From: Candidatus Eiseniibacteriota bacterium
Lineage (GTDB): Bacteria > Eisenbacteria > RBG-16-71-46
DNA length: 64,000 nucleotides
Assembly: GCA_044223005.1 (NCBI GenBank)
Contig: JBGAML010000005.1
Span: 229,409-293,408, forward strand
Reading direction: 5' to 3'
Part shown: one piece after another, positions 37,933 to 51,863 of the stretch
How positions within the stretch are numbered: the first letter of the stretch is position 1
Layout of the letters: each line of letters opens with the position of its first letter
The notes under the pieces: model-generated
What the model saw: the letters and a program-made list of their open reading frames with translations, nothing else
Told to the model about the DNA's origin: nothing
Databases searched by the model: none
Program-made: the position numbers and the translations under genes

Positions 37933-38819
37933 GCGCGCGCCGCCGAACCGGCCAGCGCCACGCCGGCCGCCCGCGCCGCCTCGAGGATCAGCTTTTCGCT
38001 CGCCGGCTCGACCGGCACGAGCGGCAGGCGCAGCTCGTTGGCGATCAGGCCCATCTCGGCGAGCAGGTACTTGATCGGGCCCGGGTTCGACTCGACGAAG
38101 ATCGCCTTGAAGAGGCCCTGCAGCTTGCGGTGCACCGCCTGCGCTTCCGGGAGGCGGCCCGCACGCGCGGCGTCCGAGAGCGCGCGCATCTCGCGCGGCA
38201 CGGCCTGCCCGGCGACCGAGATGATCCCTTCGCCACCGACCGCGATCACCGGCAGCGTGAGGCCGTCGTCGCCCGAGAGCAGCGTGAGCTTCGTCTTCGT
38301 CTTGACCGCCGCGATCTGCTCGAGGTTGCCGGAGGCTTCCTTCACCGCCTTCACGTTCGGCAGGTCCTGCACCATCGCGAGCACGTCCGGCGTCGTGTTG
38401 GTGCCCGTGCGGCCGGGAACGTTGTAGAGGATCAGCGGCAGCGAGGTGCTCTTCGCGACGGCCGTGAAGTGCGCCGCCTGTCCCTTCGGCGTCGGCTTGT
38501 TGTAGTAGGGCGTGACGACCATCGCGCCGTCGACGCCGACCTCTTCGGCCATCTTCGTGAGCACGATCGATTCCGCGGTGTTGTTCGTCCCCGTCCCGGC
38601 GACGATCCAGCAACGGCCCTTCGCGCGCTCCTTCACGAACGCGAGCAGCGCTCGCCGCTCCTCGTGCGAGGCAGTCGCGGCCTCACCGGTCGATCCGCTC
38701 ACGACCAGTCCCTGCACGCCGCCCTCGATCATCCACTCGACGAGCCGCGCGGTCGCGTCGTAGTCGATCGAACCGCCCTTGAACGGCGTCACCATCGCGA
38801 CCGACAGTCCCTCGAACAT
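37929..38819 (-). CDS. dapA: 4-hydroxy-tetrahydrodipicolinate synthase
   Basis: AMVTPF, GSTGE, VVTPYYNKP, LYNVPGRTG, VKEASG, LSGDD, ESNP.PIK. Confidence 0.96.
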   Translation of the reverse strand: MFEGLSVAMVTPFKGGSIDYDATARLVEWMIEGGVQGLVVSGSTGEAATASHEERRALLAFVKERAKGRCWIVAGTGTNNTAESIVLTKMAEEVGVDGAMVVTPYYNKPTPKGQAAHFTAVAKSTSLPLILYNVPGRTGTNTTPDVLAMVQDLPNVKAVKEASGNLEQIAAVKTKTKLTLLSGDDGLTLPVIAVGGEGIISVAGQAVPREMRALSDAARAGRLPEAQAVHRKLQGLFKAIFVESNPGPIKYLLAEMGLIANELRLPLVPVEPASEKLILEAARAAGVALAGSAARA

Positions 38820-38842
38820 GGAATCCCTCCCGACGCTCCGCG

Positions 38843-39646
38843 TCAGTCCCGCCACGTTCCCCGGAACACGGCTTCCGCCGGCCCCGTGAGCGTGGCCACG
38901 CGCCCTCCGGCGCGCTCCTCGAACGCCACCACCAGGTCGTCGCCTCCCGCCGTGCGCACCGTGACCGGTGCCGGCACGCCGGCCGACACCGCCCAGAGCG
39001 CGGTCGCGATCGCGCCGCTGCCGCAGGCGAGCGTCTCGCCCTCGACCCCGCGCTCCCACGTCCGCATCGCGACGCGGCCGTCGGCCGTGCGCGCGACGAA
39101 ATCGACGTTGGCTCCCGCGGCGCCGAAGCGTTCGTGCCGGCGCAGCGGCGGAGCCCACTCGCCCAAGGGTACCGCGTCGACCCGCTCGACCGGCACCACG
39201 AAATGCGGCACCCCGGCCACGACGTACGCGCCGGAGAAGCTCCGCCCCGCCGCGGCCGCCTCGCGCGGCTCGGGGGCGCCCACGGCACCGAACTCGAGGG
39301 TGATGCGCCCGTCCGGCAGCGCTCGCGCCGCCTTCTCGCCCGCCGCGGTCGCGAACCGCACGACGCCGCCGGTGCCGAGCCCGAGGTCCAGTGCGAACCG
39401 CGCGAGGCAGCGCGCGCCGTTGCCGCAGAAGTCCGCCGGGCCCCCGTCCGCGTTGTGGTAGCGCATCCCGAAGTCGAGCGTCGCGTGCCGCTCGAGCAGC
39501 AGCACGCCGTCGGCGCCGATCCCGCGGCGGCGGTCGCACAGCCGCGCGAAGAGCGCGCCGGGGTCCGCGGGCAGGAACGGCTCGCGGTGGTCGATCACCA
39601 CGAAGTCGTTCGCGGCCCCGTGCATCTTGGTGAACGCGAGCGTCAC
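38843..39646 (-). CDS. dapF: Diaminopimelate epimerase
   Basis: FTKMHGAANDF, GIGADG, NADG...FCGNGARC, ANVDF, ERGVEGETLACGSG. Confidence 0.94.
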   Translation of the reverse strand: MTLAFTKMHGAANDFVVIDHREPFLPADPGALFARLCDRRRGIGADGVLLLERHATLDFGMRYHNADGGPADFCGNGARCLARFALDLGLGTGGVVRFATAAGEKAARALPDGRITLEFGAVGAPEPREAAAAGRSFSGAYVVAGVPHFVVPVERVDAVPLGEWAPPLRRHERFGAAGANVDFVARTADGRVAMRTWERGVEGETLACGSGAIATALWAVSAGVPAPVTVRTAGGDDLVVAFEERAGGRVATLTGPAEAVFRGTWRD

Positions 39647-40698
39647 GGCGTGCCGCTCCCGGGACGCCGCAGCACGAACACCACGCCCGAGATGTCGGCG
39701 CCCGGCTCGATCGTCACGCGGACCTCTTCGCTCGCGGGCTCGGTGTCGCGCTTCCACGCGCGGTCGCCGTCGATGTCGCGATAGGCACGCACGCGATACT
39801 CGCCCGGCTCCCACTGGAAGTCGAAGCTCAGGTTCTCGGGCACCGCCCAGACGACGCGCTTGGCCGTGTCCGCGACCGAGGTCACGATGAGCCGGGCCGG
39901 CCCGGTGCGGTCGCTCACGCTGTCGACCAGGCTGCCGGCGAACCGGCCCGGGGCGCGCGGGTTCACCATGCGCAGCCGGATGCCCTCCGCCACCGGGTGT
40001 TCGGCCGTGAGCACGATCGTCGTGTCGAGCGGCACGAGCAGGTCCGCGGCGGGCTCGAACGAGCGGTTGCCGTTCAGGTCCGCGAAGCCCCAGAGCCGCC
40101 ACCGCCCGAGCGAGAGCCCGGCGATGCGGAAATCGTCCTTCAGGTTCACGACGCCCAGCGCGTCGAAATCGCGCGCCGTGCTGTCCGGCGCCCGGCCCTC
40201 GGCGTAGCACCAGATCGCGGCGAGCGGCGAGCGGAACCCGACCGCCTCGAGGCGGCCGGCGATCGCGCCGGGCGGGAACGTCGCCGAGGTCGTGAACACC
40301 ACGGCCCGCGACTGCGCGAGCGCGTTGCCGTGGCGGTCGCGCGCCCCGGAGCTCACGTAGAGCGTGTACGCGCGTTCGGACTTGAGCGTGTCCTTGAGCA
40401 CGAGCGTGACCGTGTTGCCGGCCCAGCGGCGCTGTTCGATCTCGAGCGGCGGCGAGAAGTCGAACGCGTTCCCGGTCGAACGCGGTTCCATGCCCTCGCT
40501 GAACGTGATCGTGAGGTGCGGCCGCGGGCCCACGCCGGCCGCGCCGGAATCGGGCGTGATCGAGACGATGCGCGGCGGCTCGAGATCCGGCGGCCCGCCC
40601 GTGGGCGGCCCCTTCTTGGCGCAGCCCGCCGCGGCGAGCGCCAGCACCAGCGCGGCGAGCGCGAGCGCGCGCTCAGGCCCGCGGATGTGCCTGGGCAT
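39643..40698 (-). CDS. Ig-like (Big_5) domain lipoprotein
   Basis: AAAGCAKKGPPTGGPPD..PP, I.FSE, D..GN.L, FTT; DxNxN/DxDxD loops. Confidence 0.8.
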   Translation of the reverse strand: MPRHIRGPERALALAALVLALAAAGCAKKGPPTGGPPDLEPPRIVSITPDSGAAGVGPRPHLTITFSEGMEPRSTGNAFDFSPPLEIEQRRWAGNTVTLVLKDTLKSERAYTLYVSSGARDRHGNALAQSRAVVFTTSATFPPGAIAGRLEAVGFRSPLAAIWCYAEGRAPDSTARDFDALGVVNLKDDFRIAGLSLGRWRLWGFADLNGNRSFEPAADLLVPLDTTIVLTAEHPVAEGIRLRMVNPRAPGRFAGSLVDSVSDRTGPARLIVTSVADTAKRVVWAVPENLSFDFQWEPGEYRVRAYRDIDGDRAWKRDTEPASEEVRVTIEPGADISGVVFVLRRPGSGTP

Positions 40699-41557
40699 AG
40701 GCCTCCTTGAGGCGCGCGGGCGTGACGTGCGTGTAGACCTGCGTGCTCGCGAGCGAACGGTGGCCGAGCAGTTCCTGAATCGCGCGCAGGTCGGCGCCCG
40801 CATCGAGCAGGTGGCTCGCGAACGAGTGCCGCAGCGCGTGCGGCGTGATGCCGAGTCCCGCGGCGACGCCGGCGAGCCGGCGCCGCACGGCCCGCTGCAC
40901 GGTGCGTCCCGAGAGCCGCCCGGCGCGGCCGGCGAAGAGCGGCTCGCCCGGCGCCATGCGCGAGCGGCCCTCGCGCGCCAGGTAGCGCTCCAGCGCCGCC
41001 ATGGCGCGCTCGCCCACCGGAGCGATGCGCTCGCGGCGGCCCTTGCCCCGCACGCGCAACAGCGCGCCGGCGCGGTCGAGGTCGCCGTGGTCGAGGCCCA
41101 CGAGCTCCGAGAGCCGCAGGCCGGCCGAGTACGTCATCTCCATGAGCGCCGAGTCGCGCGCCGCCTGCGGATCGTCGGCCGCCGCGAGCCGGTCGAGCGC
41201 GGCCGCGAGATCGATCTGCGGCAGCGTGCGCGGCAGGCGCCGGCGGTGGCGCGGGAACGGCAGCGCCTTCGCGGGATCGGCCTCGAGCACGCCGCGGCGG
41301 ACGCAGAAGCGCCCGAAGCTCCGCCACGCCGCCAGCGCGCGCGCGGCGCTGGTGCTCGCGTGGCCGGTGCGGAAGAGGTCGCGCATCGCGCGCTCGAGCA
41401 GCTCGCGCGTCCACGCCGAGGGCGCCACGGGCCGGTCCGCCCCGGCGGCCAGGTCCAGCACGCGCCCGATGTCGCGGCGGTACGCCGCGAGCGTGTGCGG
41501 CGAGCCGCGCCGGCTCGCCGCGAACTCGCCCAGGAAGTCCTCGAGCGCCTTACGCAC
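40673..41557 (-). CDS. xerC: Tyrosine recombinase XerC
   Basis: SPHTL.AY..D, YSAGLRLSEL, GKG..ER..P, TPHALRHSFASHLL..GADLR.IQELLGH.SL.STQ.YTHV; follows topA. Confidence 0.9.
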   Translation of the reverse strand: MRKALEDFLGEFAASRRGSPHTLAAYRRDIGRVLDLAAGADRPVAPSAWTRELLERAMRDLFRTGHASTSAARALAAWRSFGRFCVRRGVLEADPAKALPFPRHRRRLPRTLPQIDLAAALDRLAAADDPQAARDSALMEMTYSAGLRLSELVGLDHGDLDRAGALLRVRGKGRRERIAPVGERAMAALERYLAREGRSRMAPGEPLFAGRAGRLSGRTVQRAVRRRLAGVAAGLGITPHALRHSFASHLLDAGADLRAIQELLGHRSLASTQVYTHVTPARLKEAYAQAHPRA

Positions 41558-44045
41558 CCGCCGGCTCGAGCGGGCGCCGAGCCTTGCACTTCACGCACTG
41601 CAGGCTCGAGCCCGACTTGGCGATCTTCTCCACCATGAACGGCGCACCGCACTCCTCGCACGGCACCGGATGCGGCCGGTCCCAGAGCGCGTAGTCGCAC
41701 TCGGGGTAGCGCGTGCACGAGAAGAAGGTCTTGCCCTTGCGGCTGCGCTTCTCGGCGATCTCGCCCTTGCCGCACTGCGGGCAGGTCACGCCGAGCGTGA
41801 ACGGCTTGGTGAACTTGCACTCCGGCCGCCGCGAGCAGTGGATGTAGCGCCCGTACGGGCCGTTGCGCGCGACCAGGCCCGAGCCGCACTCGGGGCACGT
41901 GCCCTCGACCGGGACCGGCAGTTCCGACGCGTCCAGCGGCTGCGTGTGCTTGCACTCGGGATAGCCCGGGCAGGCGAGGAACGCGCCGTTGCGCCCGAAC
42001 TTCTTCACCAGCTTGTGCTGGCCGCACGACGGACAGGTGATCTCGGTCGGCTGCTGCAGGCTCGCCTTGATCTCCTTGGTCTTCGTCTTGGCCTTCTCGA
42101 GGTCCAGCGAGAGCGGGCCCCACAGGTCGCGCACGACCGCGTGCCATTCGCGCTTGCCCTCCTCGACTTCGTCGAGTTCCTCCTCCATGCCGGCGGTGAA
42201 CTCGACGTTGAAGACGTCCGGGAACGTGTCGACGAGCAGCTTGGTCACGAGCATGCCGAGGTCGGTGGGCTTGAGCGAACGCCCGTCGCGCTCCACGTAG
42301 TCGCGCTTGGTGATCGTCGAGACGATCGTCGCGTAGGTGCTCGGCCGGCCGATGTTCTCCTCTTCGAGCGCCTTCACGAGCGAGGCGTCGGTGTAGCGCG
42401 CCGGCGGCTGCGTGAAGTGCTGCTCGGGACGGAGCGTGCCGTCGTGGTCGCCCACGGGCTCGGACGCGGGCTTCAGCGCCTCGCCCTGCGTGAGCGCCGG
42501 CAGGCGGCCCTCCTCGTCCTCGTCGTCGTCGTCGCGTCCGTAGACCTTGAGCCAGCCCGGGAAGCGCAGCACGCTGCCCGAGGCCCGCAGGCCCAGCCGG
42601 CCCGACGTGATGTCGACCGAGGTCATGTCGTACTCGGCCGGCGTCGCCTGCGACGCCACCGCACGCTTCCAGATGAGGTCGTAGAGCTTGTACTGCTCGT
42701 CGGTGAGGAACGGCCGCAGCGACTCGGGCGTGCGCTCGATCGCGGTCGGGCGGATCGCCTCGTGCGCCTCCTGCGCGCCCTTCTTGCTGCGGTAGAGGTT
42801 CGGCTTCTCCGGCACGTAGTCGGCGCCGTACTGCTTGCCGAGCCACTCGCGGATCTCGGCCAGCGCCTCGTTGGAGAGCCGCGGCGCGTCGGTACGCATG
42901 TACGTGATCAGGCCGACACTGCCCTGCCCCTTCACCTCGATGCCCTCGTAGAGCTTCTGCGCCACCTGCATGGTGCGCTGGCTCGTGAACCCGTAGCGGT
43001 TCGACGCGGCCTGCTGCAGCGTGCTGGTGATGAACGGCGGCGTGGCGCTCTTGCGGCGCGGCTTGGTCTCGATCGCCACGACGCGCGCGTCGGCGCCGCG
43101 CAGCTCCTCGGCCAGCGCGCGGGCGCGTTCGCCGGCGTCGGCGCCGCGGAGCTGTTCCTTCTCGAGCTTGTCCTCGCCCACCCGCACGAGCCGCGCCGTG
43201 AAGCGCTCGCCCGCGCCGTTCTGGTAGTCGACCTCGACCGTCCAGTACTCCTCAGGCACGAACGCGCGGATCAGGTCCTCGCGCTCGCAGATCAGGCGCA
43301 GCGCGACGCTCTGCACGCGGCCGGCCGACAGCCCGTACTTGACCGTGCTCCACACGAACGGGCTCACCTTGTAGCCCACGAGCCGGTCCAGCACGCGCCG
43401 GCCCTGCTGCGCGTTGTAGAGATTCAGGTCGAGCTCGCGCGCGTGCTGCAGCGCCTCGGTGACGGCGCGCTGCGTGATCTCGTTGAACGTCAGCCGCATG
43501 ATCGGCCGCTGGGTGCCCTTGAGCACCGTCGCGAGATGGCAGGCGATCGCCTCGCCCTCGCGGTCGGGATCGGGCGCCAGGTAGATCATCGCGGCGTGGC
43601 GCGCGGCCGCGCGAATCTTCGCCACGACCGCCTTCTTGGTCGGGATCAGCTCGTACTCGGGCTCGAAGTCGTTCTCGAGATCCACGCCGAGCTGGCTCTT
43701 GGGCAGGTCCATCACGTGCCCGTTGGACGCGAGCACCATGAAGTCGCGGCCCAGGAACTTGTTCAGCGTCTTGCTCTTGGTCGGCGACTCGACGATCACG
43801 AGATTCTTGCCCGCAGCCTTGGAGCCGGCGGCTTCGAGGGCGCCCTCGTCGAGCTCCTCGCCGGCCGCGGCAGGCGCGGCGGCGCGGCCACGGCCCTTGC
43901 GGGCCACGGCGGGTGCGGTGTCGGTCGCCTTCACGGCCGTGCGGCGCGCGGGCGCGGCCTTCCGGGCCGTCTTCTTCGCCGCCGACTTCTTCGCGCTCCG
44001 CGCCGGGGCGGCGCCCCGGTCAGTGCGCGACTTCGACGTCGCCAT
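41550..44045 (-). CDS. topA: DNA topoisomerase I
   Basis: LVIVESP.K, DPDREGE, SAGRVQS, LITYMRTD, AHEAIRPT, IGRPSTYA, C-terminal C4 Zn ribbons. Confidence 0.97.
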   Translation of the reverse strand: MATSKSRTDRGAAPARSAKKSAAKKTARKAAPARRTAVKATDTAPAVARKGRGRAAAPAAAGEELDEGALEAAGSKAAGKNLVIVESPTKSKTLNKFLGRDFMVLASNGHVMDLPKSQLGVDLENDFEPEYELIPTKKAVVAKIRAAARHAAMIYLAPDPDREGEAIACHLATVLKGTQRPIMRLTFNEITQRAVTEALQHARELDLNLYNAQQGRRVLDRLVGYKVSPFVWSTVKYGLSAGRVQSVALRLICEREDLIRAFVPEEYWTVEVDYQNGAGERFTARLVRVGEDKLEKEQLRGADAGERARALAEELRGADARVVAIETKPRRKSATPPFITSTLQQAASNRYGFTSQRTMQVAQKLYEGIEVKGQGSVGLITYMRTDAPRLSNEALAEIREWLGKQYGADYVPEKPNLYRSKKGAQEAHEAIRPTAIERTPESLRPFLTDEQYKLYDLIWKRAVASQATPAEYDMTSVDITSGRLGLRASGSVLRFPGWLKVYGRDDDDEDEEGRLPALTQGEALKPASEPVGDHDGTLRPEQHFTQPPARYTDASLVKALEEENIGRPSTYATIVSTITKRDYVERDGRSLKPTDLGMLVTKLLVDTFPDVFNVEFTAGMEEELDEVEEGKREWHAVVRDLWGPLSLDLEKAKTKTKEIKASLQQPTEITCPSCGQHKLVKKFGRNGAFLACPGYPECKHTQPLDASELPVPVEGTCPECGSGLVARNGPYGRYIHCSRRPECKFTKPFTLGVTCPQCGKGEIAEKRSRKGKTFFSCTRYPECDYALWDRPHPVPCEECGAPFMVEKIAKSGSSLQCVKCKARRPLEPAGA

Positions 44046-44498
44046 GAGATCCGTCCCCGGAATGATCGTCACCGTCGTGCTCGAGCACGACGCGGGCCGC
44101 CACGTCACGAGCCAGTTCCACGTCCACGGGCCGCACGCTGCTGCCGACGAGCAGGTCGAGCACGCGCTCGAACTGGCCGGCGTCGAGCGCCCCGTGGCGC
44201 TGCAGGTCCAGCAGGTAGCCCCACGCCTCGGGGCTCAACGATTCGCGCTCCTCGGCGCTCGGGATGCGCGCGGCCTGGCGGCCGGGCGTCCCGGCCACCC
44301 ACGCCGGCGGCACGCTCGCCCCCGCCATCGCGCGGATCGCGAGGATCGCCGAGTGCAGTTCCTCGCCGGACCAGCGCCCTTCCTCGATCGCCTCGCCGAG
44401 CGTCTCGAGCGCCAGTTCGTCGCCCTCGAGGTAGTCCTCGAGCTTGTCCGCGACGAGCTTGAGCAGTCGCTGCACGCTGTCCTGTTCGGGCCGCTCGC

Positions 44499-44502
<4 letters not shown>
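44020..44502 (-). CDS. Smg/DUF494 family protein
   Basis: RI.S.EE...LS.EAWGYLL.L...G.L....FE.V; located directly upstream of topA. Confidence 0.75.
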
Positions 44503-47489
<2,987 letters not shown>

Positions 47490-47724
47490 GGGCGGGAGCA
47501 TAGTGGGTGAGTTCCGCGAGGGCAAAACCGCGGCATTCGCGGGGCCTTCGCGGGGGGAGGCTGCGGACTCGGATGCAGCGGCCCCGCCGGAGGATGCAGC
47601 GGCCGGGGGCCAAGGCGCGCGTGCGTCACGGGCACGTCACGCGCCCACGCGCGGGGCGCGGCGCCGGAATGCGCGCGGCCCGGCGCGAGGCGCCGGGCCG
47701 TGGAGGGTCGACGGGCGATTCGAA

Positions 47725-47931
47725 TCAGACTTTCGAGACGTGCGTCGCTTCGGCGCCGCGGGAACTTCGGGTGACCTCGAACTGGACTTGCTCGCCTTCG
47801 TGGAGGGTTCGGAAACCCTGCACCTCGATGGCCGAGTGATGCACGAACACTTCTGAGACGTCGCTGTCCTCGGCGGTGATGAAACCGTAGCCCTTCTGGT
47901 CGCTGAACCACTTGACGGTGCCACGCGCCAT
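47725..47931 (-). CDS. Cold-shock domain protein
   Basis: GTVKWF...KGYGFI (RNP1), VFVHHSAI (RNP2), GFRTL.EG..V.FE. Confidence 0.95.
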   Translation of the reverse strand: MARGTVKWFSDQKGYGFITAEDSDVSEVFVHHSAIEVQGFRTLHEGEQVQFEVTRSSRGAEATHVSKV

Positions 47932-48119
47932 GTGTGGTCCCCTCCGTGTGATGTGAATCGTTCCGGCAGGCCCGGACCCTGATCGAAGGGTGCTCCCGCG
48001 GCCACGGGCGGTCAAGACCCGATTCACCCGCGGCAGCCGCGCTCGTGCGACCTGACGACTCGCGGACAGCCCTTCCCCCGCAAGTGACGGGAAATGCGTC
48101 GCGGGAATCCCGGCGGCCG

Positions 48120-49040
48120 TCAGGCGACCGGCGTGGTCCGGCCGCCGCGGCGGCGAGCCGAGAGCCGCTCGTGCAGCGCGCGCGCCTGGGCGTGCAGCGC
48201 GTCCACGTCGAGCACCAGTTCGAGCTGCGCGAGGGCCTGCGTCGTGTCGCCCAGCGCTTCGAATGCGCGCGCGAGCTCGACGCGCGCGCCGTGGAACGAC
48301 GGGTTGAGCTCGAGCGCCTGCGCGAGCGATTCGATCGCGTCGTCCACCGCGCCCATCTGCAGCTCGTGTGTGCCGAGCAGCAGCTGCAGGTCGGCGTAGC
48401 CGGGCCGCTCGAGCGCCGCGGCGCGCAGCACCGCGAGCGCGCGCGCGCCGTCGCCGGCCGCGACGTGTTCCTGGTAGAGCCGCAGCTCCGCCTCGAGCCA
48501 CGCGTCGCTCTGCGCCAGCGCACGCCGCAGCAGCGGCGCGGCCTCCTCGAAATCGGCGTGACCCAGCCGCTCCATGCCCTGCTGGAACGCGCCCGGCTCG
48601 GCCAGCGTGCCGTCGGCGGCGAGCACGCGCAGCGTCTCCATCGCTTCGGCGATGCGGCCGTCGCGCGCGTCGAGCAGCGCGCGCTCGACGGCGGCGTTGC
48701 GGTAGCGCGGATTGACGGCGAGCGCGCGCTCGAACGCGGCGCGGGCCTCGGCCCGGCGCCCGCGACGCACGAGCACGCTGCCCAGCTGGCAGTGCAGGTC
48801 CGCCCAGTCGACGAGCCGCGCGGCGCGCTCGAGCGCGTGCTGCGCCGACTCGAGGTCGCTCGCCGCTTCGGCGGCACGCGCCACGGCGCCCAGCGTCGCG
48901 GCGGCCTCGGCGCGCTCGTCGGAACCGAGCGAATCGGCGAGCGCGGGCTCGAGCACGGCGAGCGCGCGGGCGAACTCGCGCTGGCGCGCGAGCTCGAGCG
49001 CCTGCTCGCGGGGATCCGGACCGGGAACGGGAGCGTTCAT
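48120..49040 (-). CDS. TPR-repeat protein
   Basis: ADL...LG......G...EA...F..AL.VNP.Y repeats. Confidence 0.8.
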   Translation of the reverse strand: MNAPVPGPDPREQALELARQREFARALAVLEPALADSLGSDERAEAAATLGAVARAAEAASDLESAQHALERAARLVDWADLHCQLGSVLVRRGRRAEARAAFERALAVNPRYRNAAVERALLDARDGRIAEAMETLRVLAADGTLAEPGAFQQGMERLGHADFEEAAPLLRRALAQSDAWLEAELRLYQEHVAAGDGARALAVLRAAALERPGYADLQLLLGTHELQMGAVDDAIESLAQALELNPSFHGARVELARAFEALGDTTQALAQLELVLDVDALHAQARALHERLSARRRGGRTTPVA

Positions 49041-49092
49041 ACCCCGGGGTTATCGGCCGTTCGGGGGGCCGACTTGCGGCTCGCCCGTGGGC

Positions 49093-51003
<1,911 letters not shown>

Positions 51004-51145
51004 GCGGGCGGAGTCCGTTCCGGTGGACGAGGCAGGGAATCTCCCGTCCAGTCTCGGCCGCGCACGCGCGGGGTGAACCCACCCGCGGACGAATGCGCCC
51101 CCGCCACCGAAATGCCCGCCACCGCGGGGCTTCGGGCCCGGCGGA

Positions 51146-51790
51146 TCAGCCCAGCATGAACTTCATGAGGAAGCCGGCCGAGAGCGTGATGCCCAGGTTG
51201 TCGTCGAGCGGGATCGGGAGCATCTCGACGATCGTCGCCACGAGGGCCCCCGCGACCAGGACGCCGAACGGCACGGGCGCCGCCCACGCGACGTAAGCGC
51301 TCCACGCGAGGCAGGCGGCGAGGCAGCCCAGCGCCCCTTCGAGCGACTTGTTGAAGAAGCGGTGGCGGCCCCACGCCCGTCCCACGAGCGCGCCGGTCGC
51401 GTCGCCCAGCACCGTGAAGCCGAGCGCGGCGGCGGCCACGGGCTGCGGGAAGATCTCGATCGCCAGCAGCGACGCGAGCAGCAGGTAGGTCGAGCCGAGC
51501 AGGCTGAACTCCTCGTGTTCGCGGATCAGCTCGCCGAGGAAGTGCTTGAAGAACTGCCGCACGCGATGTTCGTGCAGCCGCAGCAGGTCGATCGCGATCG
51601 CGCTGACCGTCAGCGCCACGAACAGCAGCGCGAACTGCGACCGACCCCGGGGCCACGGCAGCACCTCGTGCAGCAGGTCCAGCGGCAGCACGATGAACAT
51701 CACGTGGATGGCCTTGCGGCGGGCCTCGGCGAGCCACTGCGGCGTGCGCAGCGGCTGCAGCGGATCGGTCGGGACCGGGGGCGTGCTCAC
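51146..51790 (-). CDS. Dolichol/phytol kinase-like membrane protein (SEC59/VTE5 family)
   Basis: RKAIH, GD..GALVG, KSLEG, DDNL.I; multiple TMs. Confidence 0.82.
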   Translation of the reverse strand: MSTPPVPTDPLQPLRTPQWLAEARRKAIHVMFIVLPLDLLHEVLPWPRGRSQFALLFVALTVSAIAIDLLRLHEHRVRQFFKHFLGELIREHEEFSLLGSTYLLLASLLAIEIFPQPVAAAALGFTVLGDATGALVGRAWGRHRFFNKSLEGALGCLAACLAWSAYVAWAAPVPFGVLVAGALVATIVEMLPIPLDDNLGITLSAGFLMKFMLG

Positions 51791-51863
51791 GCGCGCAAGG
51801 TAGCACGAGCGGCGCCGCATTCGGGCGTGGACGCCGCGCGTGGCCCGATGGCAGAGTCGGCGC

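Noticed and set aside
26839..41557. The two tyrosine recombinases as phage or integron integrases
   Set aside because: Both are ~300 aa with XerC/XerD signatures and HPRA ends, sit in housekeeping operons, and lack an integron-specific insertion or attC array.
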